DNA of 33,747 bases from assembly GCA_964392835.1 (NCBI GenBank), contig CAYMRI010000001.1, positions 1 to 33,747 of the forward strand, written 5' to 3'. Below, one piece after another: positions 1-7,093 of this stretch. Source of the stretch: an uncultured Eubacteriales bacterium. Lineage in GTDB: Bacteria; Bacillota; Clostridia; UBA1212; CASDQQ01. Position 1 is the stretch's first letter, and each line of letters opens with the position of its first letter. A program made the position numbers and the translations under genes. The notes beneath the pieces were generated by a model, which searched no databases, was not told the origin of the DNA, and saw nothing but the letters and a program-made list of their open reading frames with translations.

Positions 1-150
1 ATTGGTCACCTGGGTATAGGGGGTATATTGATTGGTTTCTGCCGTTTCTCCCGAATCTCCCGGCGTTACCCCTTGTTGATCTTGGCAACCGGTTACCACC
101 GTACAGATAACAATGGCCAATGCCAAAACTGCTAACAGTCTCTTTTTCAT
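1..150 (-). CDS. Lipoprotein, N-terminal 50 codons only (gene runs off the left edge). It may be a solute-binding protein downstream of rhaD.
   Basis: ATG at 150..148 lies 7 nt after GGAG. The translation MKKRLLAVLALAIVICTVVTGC QDQQ... has a basic N-terminus, a hydrophobic core and a V-T-G-C lipobox. It is on the same strand as rhaD, 12 nt downstream. Confidence 0.6.
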   Translation of the reverse strand, partial: MKKRLLAVLALAIVICTVVTGCQDQQGVTPGDSGETAETNQYTPYTQVTN

Positions 151-162
151 ATGCGAGCTCCT

Positions 163-990
163 TTATTTTTCATATAAAAAATCTTCCGGTAATTCTACCT
201 TAAAATCTTTTGCTAACGCTCTAAATTGTTCCGGCGTAATGGTTTGTCTCTTTGCTCCGGTCATGGAAAGCACTTTCACCAAAATATCAGCAGCCTTTTC
301 CACTGTATGAGCCAGACCAAATGTTAAATCAAAATCTTCCCCGGAGCAGAACATACCGTGATGCGCCCAAATTGCCACATCATATTTTTTCATCAATTCA
401 GAGGTTGCCACTGCAATGTCTCTGCCACCCGGTACCATCCAGTCCACAACACCTACCCCTGCAGGAAAAACAACAGGGCATTCCGTAGCGCTTTCCCACA
501 GTTCTCTGGTAAACGCTTCGTCCGTCAAAGGTAAAACAAATGTCAACGCAATCACATTGGTGGCGTGACAGTGATAAATGACTCTGTGTTTGCCACCGGA
601 TGCTTCCATTTTTACTGCGTGATTCATTAAATGAGATGGCAACTCGCTGGTAGGTCTGCCGCCGTCGGACAAGCCCCAAACCACGCGGTAGTTGCTGCCT
701 GCCCCATCGATTTGGATGATGGCAATATTTTTCTCCGGGTCCAACGGCACATTGCGGAAATATTTTCCGGAGCCGGTCACCACAAAGTAAGTGCCGCCTA
801 AAGTTGGCACCGCTGTCCCAATGGGCGTAAAGGGTCGTTCCGTTGAAAAATTCTCTTTCACCATCTCTATTTCATCTTCTTTCATGCGGTAGGTCAGGTT
901 TCCGCCGTTTCGTTCATGCCAATTTTGGGCATTCCCGTCCTCACACATACGAATAAATCCTTGTATAAATGCAGCATCCAACACGTTCAT
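163..990 (-). CDS. rhaD: Rhamnulose-1-phosphate aldolase (class II aldolase family), 275 aa
   Basis: MNVLDAAFIQGFIRMCEDGNAQNWHERNGGNLTYR... matches the RhaD N-terminus (W-x-ERNGGNL-T-x-R), and the length is close to E. coli RhaD. I chose the start at 990 (the internal Met of the 294-aa track ORF) because it directly abuts the rhaA stop at 993. The gene is last in the rhaB-rhaA-rhaD order. Confidence 0.88.
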   Translation of the reverse strand: MNVLDAAFIQGFIRMCEDGNAQNWHERNGGNLTYRMKEDEIEMVKENFSTERPFTPIGTAVPTLGGTYFVVTGSGKYFRNVPLDPEKNIAIIQIDGAGSNYRVVWGLSDGGRPTSELPSHLMNHAVKMEASGGKHRVIYHCHATNVIALTFVLPLTDEAFTRELWESATECPVVFPAGVGVVDWMVPGGRDIAVATSELMKKYDVAIWAHHGMFCSGEDFDLTFGLAHTVEKAADILVKVLSMTGAKRQTITPEQFRALAKDFKVELPEDFLYEK

Positions 991-992
991 GG

Positions 993-2255
993 TTACACTC
1001 TTCCTTTCAGTACAGTATTTTCGTAATCTTCCACGGTTAAAAACCAATCTTGGTTGGCAGGTACACCGTGTTTTTCACAAAATGCTTCCCAAACCACTTC
1101 CATAGGATAGGTTTTCAGTTCTTCCTGTAATACCAGCAATTCTGTCATACGGCCCTCTTTCTGCCATGCCATCAAGGTGTCGTGAGGTTGCAACAAAGCT
1201 GCCAACAGTGCTTTTTGCATATTGCGCATACCCATTACCCATGCTGCAATTCGGTTGATGCTGGCATCAAAATAGTCAAGGCCGATTAACACTCTGTCCA
1301 AAGCCTTGTGGGCCACAATTTCCTTGGCAATTTCTTTGGTTTCGTCGTCCAAGCGCACCACATGGTCACTGTCCCAACGAACTGCCCGAGTTACATGCAA
1401 TGCCACTTTGTCAGAGAATAACAACATGGAGGACAGTTTGTCGGAAACCACTTCCGTAGGATGATAGTGTCCGTTATCCATTAAGCTTAAAATCCCTGCG
1501 TTGGCCGCATAGTTCATACAAAATTCCGCAGAACCTACGGTGTAAGATTCCAAGCCAATGCCAAACACTTTGGATTCCAAGCAAACCAACACTTTTTCTT
1601 TGTCATAATCAATAGAAAGAATCTGGTCCAAAGAATCTTTAAATCTGGCTCTTGGGGAATATCTGTCCGCAGGAATGTCCTTATAACCATCGGGAATCCA
1701 GATGTTCATCATACAGGGCTGTCCCAGTTCTTCTGCAAAATATTGTGAAATGCGGATACATGCCTTTCCGTGGTCAATCCAGAATTTGCGAATTGCTTCA
1801 TCCGGGCTGGACAAGGTAAAGTCCGCTGCTTTTGGATGGGAAAAATAGGTCGGGTTAAAGTCCAATCCCAATCCTCTTTCTTTGGCAAATGCCACCCATT
1901 TTGCAAAGTGCTTTGGTTCCAGCGCATCTCTGTCTGCATATTCTCCCGGTGCAAAAATCGCATAGCTTGCATGCAAATTGATTTTATGGGTTCCCGGAAT
2001 CAGCTTTAATGCCACATCAATGTCCGCCATGAGTTCTTCCGGAGTCCTTGCCTTTCCGGGATAATTTCCCGTTGCCTGAATCCCGCCGGACAAAGGTCCT
2101 TCTTGGTCAAATCCCCCTACATCATCCCCCTGCCAGCAGTGCATGGAAATGGCTACTTTGCTTAATGTTTCAATGGCTGCGTCTGTGTCTATACCAATTT
2201 GGGCATACAAATCCTTTGCCCATGCATATCTTTGTTGTAATGTCTGTCCCATCAT
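993..2255 (-). CDS. rhaA: L-rhamnose isomerase, 420 aa
   Basis: VAISMHCWQGDDVGGF...GGIQATGNYPGKART is the hallmark RhaA N-terminal block. The length is about that of E. coli RhaA (419 aa). The start overlaps the rhaB stop (ATGA). Confidence 0.95.
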   Translation of the reverse strand: MMGQTLQQRYAWAKDLYAQIGIDTDAAIETLSKVAISMHCWQGDDVGGFDQEGPLSGGIQATGNYPGKARTPEELMADIDVALKLIPGTHKINLHASYAIFAPGEYADRDALEPKHFAKWVAFAKERGLGLDFNPTYFSHPKAADFTLSSPDEAIRKFWIDHGKACIRISQYFAEELGQPCMMNIWIPDGYKDIPADRYSPRARFKDSLDQILSIDYDKEKVLVCLESKVFGIGLESYTVGSAEFCMNYAANAGILSLMDNGHYHPTEVVSDKLSSMLLFSDKVALHVTRAVRWDSDHVVRLDDETKEIAKEIVAHKALDRVLIGLDYFDASINRIAAWVMGMRNMQKALLAALLQPHDTLMAWQKEGRMTELLVLQEELKTYPMEVVWEAFCEKHGVPANQDWFLTVEDYENTVLKGRV

Positions 2256-3649
2256 TTTTCAACAACCTCCTTGATTTCAAATGAATCCCGTACACATTGT
2301 CGGGCTGTCTCTACGCTATTCCAAATTTTTTGTTGTAACATTTGTGCCATTAGATTTCCTGTAGCGGTGGCTTCCGCCGGACCTGCCAGCACTTTCTTGC
2401 CTGTGGCTTTGGCAGTTAGGCGGTTTAAATAATCTGCATTACAGCCGCCCCCTACCACATAAATGGCTGGATAGTTGATGCCTGTCAAATCTTCAATTTC
2501 CTTTACGGTCTGGGCATAGCTTTCTGCCAGACTTTTGTAAATCACCACTGCCAATTCTCCTACGGTTTGGGGAATGGGCTGGTTGGTATTTCGGCAATAG
2601 GCCTTCACCGCCTCTATCATACTATCCGGCGCCAGAAAACTTTGGTCATTCACATCCACTCGAGATGAAAAACCATCTGCTTCCTCTGCCAGTTGGCAAA
2701 GCTGTGCAAAACTGTAAGCGTCGTTCAGCTCATGCCGCACGGACTGAATCATCCAAAGTCCCATAATATTTTTCAAAAAACGAAATCTGCCTTCGTATCC
2801 GCCTTCATTGGTAAAATTGGCTTGTCTGCTTTTCTCGCTGCAATTCGGTTCCCATTGTTCCGTGCCCATTAAAGACCAGGTACCGGAGCTGATATAGAGG
2901 AAGTTTTCTTCTTTTGCAGGAACCGCTAATACAGCCGACCCAGTATCGTGGGTTGCCGGTAATACCACTTGGCAATCAAAGCCTATTTCTTCCTGCACTT
3001 CTTTGGAAAAATTTCCAATGAGAGTGCCTGGCTGTTGTAGGGATTGGAACAGGTGGGTTGGCAAGTTTAGGGCTTCGATGAGTTGGAAATCCCATTGCTT
3101 GGTTTGGGCATCCACCAATTGGGTGGTTGTGCCGTTGGTATATTCTTGTACCTTTTTCCCAGTCAGGCAAAAATGCAGATAATCGGGAATCATCAGCAAA
3201 GACTTTGCCTGTTCCAGGCGTTTATCCTCTGCCATCAATTGAAAAATGGTATTAAAGGGCTGCTTTTGAATGCCCGTTTTTGCATACAGGGCTTCCGGAC
3301 TTATGGTTGCATACACTTTTTTGTCCATTTTTTGGGTGCGGTGGTCGCGATAGCCATATACAGGCGCTATGGGCTTGTCGTTGCCATCTAACAGCACATA
3401 GTCCACCGCCCAGGTATCGATTCCCATGGTAACAGGGATTTTGTTCATGGCTTTGCAGGTCTTAAGGCCCTGCTTAATTTGGGAAAGCAAATGCGCTATA
3501 TCCCAGCATAAATGCCCTTTTTGGTTACGAATCATGCCGTTTTCGAAGCGGTATACTTCTTCTAAAACCAGCTTGCCGTTTTCCAGTGTGCCCAAGATAT
3601 GCCGTCCGCTGGAAGCGCCAATATCCACTGCCAGATAATAAGGGTTCAT
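2252..3649 (-). CDS. rhaB: Rhamnulokinase (FGGY carbohydrate kinase family), 465 aa
   Basis: The FGGY N-terminus YLAVDIGASSGRHILG is present, the size is right, and the gene sits directly upstream of and overlapping rhaA. RBS AAGGAGAA lies before the ATG at 3649. Confidence 0.88.
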   Translation of the reverse strand: MNPYYLAVDIGASSGRHILGTLENGKLVLEEVYRFENGMIRNQKGHLCWDIAHLLSQIKQGLKTCKAMNKIPVTMGIDTWAVDYVLLDGNDKPIAPVYGYRDHRTQKMDKKVYATISPEALYAKTGIQKQPFNTIFQLMAEDKRLEQAKSLLMIPDYLHFCLTGKKVQEYTNGTTTQLVDAQTKQWDFQLIEALNLPTHLFQSLQQPGTLIGNFSKEVQEEIGFDCQVVLPATHDTGSAVLAVPAKEENFLYISSGTWSLMGTEQWEPNCSEKSRQANFTNEGGYEGRFRFLKNIMGLWMIQSVRHELNDAYSFAQLCQLAEEADGFSSRVDVNDQSFLAPDSMIEAVKAYCRNTNQPIPQTVGELAVVIYKSLAESYAQTVKEIEDLTGINYPAIYVVGGGCNADYLNRLTAKATGKKVLAGPAEATATGNLMAQMLQQKIWNSVETARQCVRDSFEIKEVVEK

Positions 3650-3754
3650 ATGTAATTCTCCTTGCGTGTTATTATCACTATTTTACAATAAAATGTGTGG
3701 GTTGTATAGGACTTTTATTAGCCGAATTAGAAAAATGATGTCTTCCGGACACAT

Positions 3755-3768
3755 TGAAAACGTTTAAA
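3755..3768. promoter_or_regulatory. Candidate catabolite-responsive element (cre, CcpA site) upstream of rhaBAD
   Basis: TGAAAACGTTTAAA compared with the remembered cre consensus TGWAANCGNTNWCA has one mismatch (A instead of C at the penultimate position). It lies about 105 nt upstream of the rhaB start. Confidence 0.3.
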
Positions 3769-3817
3769 AAATGAATAAAAAGCAAAAATGCGGAAACATT
3801 AAAATTGTAATATGAGG

Positions 3818-3846
3818 TTGACAGTTTTCGTCAATTAGCATATTAT
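3818..3846 (+). promoter_or_regulatory. SigmaA-type promoter driving the antitoxin repeats and toxin gene
   Basis: TTGACA (3818-3823), a 17-nt spacer, then TATTAT (3841-3846, overlapping TATAAT at 3844-3849). The repeats begin about 10 nt downstream. Confidence 0.7.
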
Positions 3847-3857
3847 AATGATACAGA

Positions 3858-3963
3858 AAGGTCTCCATTAGCCTTATAGTTTTGAACTATAAAAGAGATG
3901 AGCATTAAAGAAGGTCTCCATTAACCTTCGGTAATCAGTCCGTAAAGAGATGAACATTAACGA
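3858..3963 (+). ncRNA. Type III antitoxin RNA (ToxI/CptI-like): two tandem 53-nt units
   Basis: Unit 1 (3858-3910) is AAGGTCTCCATTAGCCTT-ATAGTTTTGAACTATA-AAAGAGATGAGCATTAAAG. Unit 2 (3911-3963) is AAGGTCTCCATTAACCTT-CGGTAATCAGTCCGT-AAAGAGATGAACATTAACGA. The units sit between a promoter and an intrinsic terminator, immediately 5' of a ToxN/AbiQ-like ORF. That is the canonical type III TA layout. Confidence 0.65.
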
Positions 3964-3993
3964 ATGGGAAGCTTAGTCTTCCCATATTTTTTT
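3964..3993 (+). terminator. Intrinsic terminator between the antitoxin repeats and the toxin gene
   Basis: Stem ATGGGAAG (3964-3971) pairs with CTTCCCAT (3978-3985) around a 6-nt loop, followed by A and T7 (3987-3993). In ToxIN-type loci an equivalent terminator limits read-through into the toxin gene. Confidence 0.75.
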
Positions 3994-4010
3994 ACAAAAA
4001 GGAGTACAGC

Positions 4011-4574
4011 ATGTTTACACTGGATGGAAACTTGACTTTTATCAATATTGACCAAATTTATCTCAAAAAATTACACGATGTATGTTCTGAAGTGTATTAT
4101 AAAGAGTGCGGATACGAAAACAAGCCATATATTGGAATTCTAATAAACAAAAACGATAAGAAATATGTTATTCCATTATCTTCTGCGAAGGAAAAGCATA
4201 AAGCTTGGAAAAATATTGAAAACGACTGTTATTTAATATATGAAACAGCGGCTAAATCCTGTATGGGGACAGATGATATTTGGGTAAGCATTGATGCAAC
4301 AAATGTAAAGCATATCCTGGCTGTTATGGATGTCAAAAAAATGATTCCCATTATAGATGGCGTTTATAGCAGAGTAAATATTAATCCAGAACCGGCAGAT
4401 ACAGAAACATTGCGTAAATATAAAGATTTACTAAATAAAGAATACATATTCTGTTTGAAAATCATTGATGATGTAATTGCCAAAGCAAATAAAATATATG
4501 ACAAACAAAAGAAAACCGGAAAAGTATCTAGGTTTTGTTGTGACTTTAAGGCTTTAGAGTCTGTTACATATTAA
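4011..4574 (+). CDS. Type III TA toxin, ToxN/AbiQ-family endoribonuclease (abortive-infection type), 187 aa
   Basis: By eye, several blocks resemble ToxN/AbiQ: KPYIGILINKNDKKYVIPLSSAKEKH (compare RPY[IV]GIV...Y.APL[ST]SPK.KH), a central KKMIPI block, and a C-terminal LLNKEYIFCLKIIDDVIAKANKIY...CDFKALE block. RBS GGAG is 6 nt before the ATG. The gene is preceded by tandem repeats plus a terminator and is much more AT-rich than its flanks. Confidence 0.85.
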   Translation: MFTLDGNLTFINIDQIYLKKLHDVCSEVYYKECGYENKPYIGILINKNDKKYVIPLSSAKEKHKAWKNIENDCYLIYETAAKSCMGTDDIWVSIDATNVKHILAVMDVKKMIPIIDGVYSRVNINPEPADTETLRKYKDLLNKEYIFCLKIIDDVIAKANKIYDKQKKTGKVSRFCCDFKALESVTY

Positions 4575-4590
4575 GTCAGATTTTTCAGTA

Positions 4591-4619
4591 TTGACAACCC
4601 ACCCCGCATACAATAGAAT
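4591..4619 (+). promoter_or_regulatory. SigmaA-type promoter for the GNAT leader transcript
   Basis: TTGACA (4591-4596), a 17-nt spacer, then TAGAAT (4614-4619). It lies about 230 nt upstream of the GNAT start codon. Confidence 0.6.
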
Positions 4620-4647
4620 GTAGAAAAATTTTTGAGAGGTATTGAGA

Positions 4648-4758
4648 ATGCAAAGCTATTTGATCCAATCTTATTCCATGGTCAATATGCGTGCCGACGC
4701 TGTCATGTATTGGCAGAATGGCAGGCTTGCATTGTCGTACCCTTATCAGCGGAATTAG
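4648..4758 (+). CDS. Possible 36-codon leader ORF (uORF) inside the GNAT leader
   Basis: GAGAGG is 8 nt before the ATG at 4648. The translation is MQSYLIQSYSMVNMRADAVMYWQNGRLALSYPYQRN, ending at TAG 4756-4758. It covers the candidate antiterminator segment (4721-4731). No homology is recognised, so coding status is unproven. Confidence 0.25.
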   Translation: MQSYLIQSYSMVNMRADAVMYWQNGRLALSYPYQRN

Positions 4759-4785
4759 ATTTTTAATCAGAGATAAGAGAAATGC

Positions 4786-4822
4786 AGTGCAGGCTAGAGG
4801 AAAATGGCTTGCGCTGTTTTTT
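4786..4822 (+). terminator. Leader terminator (attenuator) 30 nt upstream of the GNAT start codon
   Basis: AGTGCAGGC (4786-4794) pairs with GCTTGCGCT (4807-4815): 9 bp including 2 G-U pairs, with a 12-nt loop, then G and T6 (4817-4822). There is no room for a promoter between it and the ATG at 4852, so GNAT expression requires read-through. Confidence 0.55.
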
Positions 4823-4851
4823 ATATTTATTTTTAAAAAAGGAGGATAACG

Positions 4852-5418
4852 ATGATGACACACAAAGGCACACAAACCATTACAACGAGGCGGCTGACCC
4901 TACGAAGATTTCAGCCGGAGGACGCCCAAGACATGTTTGAAAATTGGGCAAATGACGAAAGAGTCACCCGTTTTTTAACCTGGACACCCCATGGTTCGCC
5001 GGAATTGACAAAGCAACTGCTATCCATTTGGTGCGCCGCCTACGAAAATCCCAACAACTACAACTGGGTAATTGAAAAGGACGGCAAAGCTATCGGCAGC
5101 ATTAGCATGGTTCGCATGGATGAAGAAAGCGAAAATGCCGAACTGGGCTATTGCCTAGGGCACGCCTACTGGAATCAAGGCATTATGGCAGAGGCAGCAA
5201 AGGCAGTCATTGACTATTTATTCCGTGAAGTGGGATTTCATCGTATTGAGATTGGTCATGCAGTGAAAAATCCTGCCTCCGGTCGGGTTGCGCAAAGGTG
5301 TGGATTGACCTACGAGGGCACCAAGCGAGAATTCTACAAATGCGCCAGCGGCGAGTTTTGGGATATTGCGGAGTATGGGATTTTAAGGAGGGAGTGGGAG
5401 GAACTAACTCTCTCCTAA
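4852..5418 (+). CDS. GNAT-family N-acetyltransferase (RimJ/RimL/YdaF-like), 188 aa
   Basis: TTRRLTLRRFQPEDAQDMFENWANDERVTRFL... and a later ...GFHRIEIGHAVKNPASGRVAQRCGLTYEG block are typical of RimJ/RimL-type GNATs. RBS AAGGAGG precedes the start. Confidence 0.88.
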   Translation: MMTHKGTQTITTRRLTLRRFQPEDAQDMFENWANDERVTRFLTWTPHGSPELTKQLLSIWCAAYENPNNYNWVIEKDGKAIGSISMVRMDEESENAELGYCLGHAYWNQGIMAEAAKAVIDYLFREVGFHRIEIGHAVKNPASGRVAQRCGLTYEGTKREFYKCASGEFWDIAEYGILRREWEELTLS

Positions 5419-5425
5419 TGAGAAG

Positions 5426-5490
5426 GTTAACTACAAAAGTGCCTTTTCGTTATCTACTCTAGTTAACCAAACCGGTATTTTGTAGTTAAC
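5426..5490. repeat. About 65-bp nested-palindrome intergenic element (copy E1)
   Basis: Outer perfect 13-bp inverted repeat: GTTAACTACAAAA (5426-5438) with TTTTGTAGTTAAC (5478-5490), separated by 39 nt. An inner arm TcTAGTTAACC (5458-5468) starts exactly 22 nt after the TTAACTACA core. The element fills the gap between the convergent GNAT and spoVB genes, and its right arm contains the spoVB stop codon (5486-5488). Confidence 0.8.
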
Positions 5491-7018
5491 TCCCCTTTCC
5501 GGGCTCCTTTTTCATGCACGCTACTGCCAGCAACCCCACCAGCACCTGCATTCCCACCATGAGAACAGTTTGCAGCCGGGCGTCCGCCGGGACCAGCAAC
5601 GCAACCCGGCGGATAGGCTCTGCTAAAAATGCCATGACGCCGAATACAAGGCCCGGTTTGATAATCCATTTCCGTAACGGCAGGCTCATGCCGGTTGTTT
5701 TCATAATCATGCGTAAGTTCATAAGGCACACCACCACGCTACTGGTAATCATGCCGGCCACATAACCGGAAATGCCATAAGTCGGAACTGCAAACCAAAC
5801 AAATCCAATACGGATGGCATCGCCACAGATGGAGCTGACAAGGGCTTCCTTCTGCTTATTGAAGCCATTTAAAATACCAATTAAGGTTTGTTGCACATAG
5901 ACAAAAATGCAAGTGAAGGACATGACATAGAGCATCCCCCCGATATTTTCTTTGGCGTATAAAAGAGCACCGATTTCATGGGGAAAACTAAAAAAAACAG
6001 CCATACAGACAAAGCCCATGGTAAAACTCAGCTGCAGAGAGCGGGAAATCCTACGATTGGCCAAAGGATAGTTTTTCAAAGCCACCGCTTCGGAAATAGC
6101 AGGAACCAAAGTGGTAGAAAGTGCTGATGTAATAAAGGTGGGGAAAAAAATAAGCGGAGACACCATCCCCGAAAGGCGTCCGAGAGCCTCCAGACTGGCT
6201 GTATAGTCCAAGCCACCGGCCAGCAAGCGGCGGGGAATTAAAATGGATTCTATGGTACCCATAATAGAGGTCAAAAAGCGGGTGGCGGAAACCGGAATCG
6301 CAATGCCGGCAATCTGCCGACCCACATCCCGCTTGCGCATCAGGACCCCCTGGCGGACGGTTTTTCTCCGGTCCAATAAATAGGCCACAAAGACAACGCC
6401 CAAATTAAACATTTCCCCCACTGCGCTGCCCACAGTGACCAAAGCGCAGGTGTACTCCAAGCCCATGCCCATAGCAAACTGCAATAACAACAGTACAAAT
6501 CCAATCCGTACAAACTGTTCAATAATATTCGCTACCGCATTGGGGGTTACTTTCTGCGTGCCGTAAAAATACCCCTTTACTGCGGACTGGCAGGCCACAA
6601 TAGGAATGCAGGGCACCAAGGCCAGCAGTGACAAATAGGTACGGCTATCCTTTAACAGAACATTGGCGATAAAGTGGCCGGCGCCCCACAGGCATAAAGC
6701 AGCAATTAACCCGCCAAAGCCCACTACCAGGGCGGCCATTTTAGTAATACGACCCAGGTTGCAAGTGTTGCCACGGGCTTTTTCCTGGGCAACCAAGCGG
6801 GAAACTGCAATGGAAACACCGGACGTTAACGTTAAAATAATGAGAGAATATACGGGGCCGGTCAAGGAAATCAGACCCATGCCCTCTGCACCAACAAAAT
6901 TGGACAAATAGATACGGTACACAAAGCCCAGCACTCTGGTAATCATACCCGCAATTACCAAAATAGCGGCGCCCTTTATAAAGGACTGCCCCGTCAGCAT
7001 CTTTTTGATTTTTCCCAT
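5486..7018 (-). CDS. spoVB: Stage V sporulation protein B-like MOP/MurJ-family flippase, 510 aa
   Basis: It is a polytopic membrane protein. SFIKGAAILVIAGMITRVLGFVYRIYLSNFVGAEGMGL matches the SpoVB/MurJ N-terminus. I chose the start at MGKIKK (7018) because GGAGG lies 6 nt upstream; the longer track ORF (to 7066) has no RBS. Confidence 0.8.
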   Translation of the reverse strand: MGKIKKMLTGQSFIKGAAILVIAGMITRVLGFVYRIYLSNFVGAEGMGLISLTGPVYSLIILTLTSGVSIAVSRLVAQEKARGNTCNLGRITKMAALVVGFGGLIAALCLWGAGHFIANVLLKDSRTYLSLLALVPCIPIVACQSAVKGYFYGTQKVTPNAVANIIEQFVRIGFVLLLLQFAMGMGLEYTCALVTVGSAVGEMFNLGVVFVAYLLDRRKTVRQGVLMRKRDVGRQIAGIAIPVSATRFLTSIMGTIESILIPRRLLAGGLDYTASLEALGRLSGMVSPLIFFPTFITSALSTTLVPAISEAVALKNYPLANRRISRSLQLSFTMGFVCMAVFFSFPHEIGALLYAKENIGGMLYVMSFTCIFVYVQQTLIGILNGFNKQKEALVSSICGDAIRIGFVWFAVPTYGISGYVAGMITSSVVVCLMNLRMIMKTTGMSLPLRKWIIKPGLVFGVMAFLAEPIRRVALLVPADARLQTVLMVGMQVLVGLLAVACMKKEPGKGS

Positions 7019-7093
7019 ACAAGCCTCCTGAAACAAGCATTGGTACATCCTACGCAGGTTTTTCATAGTTTAGAATGAGGAGGTGATGAAAAA

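Noticed and set aside
163-1047. The longer 294-aa start for rhaD.
   Set aside because: The first 19 codons overlap the end of rhaA. The RhaD-like sequence begins at the Met at 990, which is immediately adjacent to the rhaA stop.
4585-4875. A 96-aa minus-strand ORF between the toxin and GNAT genes.
   Set aside because: It has no RBS and its composition is that of non-coding AT-rich DNA. It spans the plus-strand promoter, leader and terminator and overlaps the GNAT start. It is most likely a shadow ORF.
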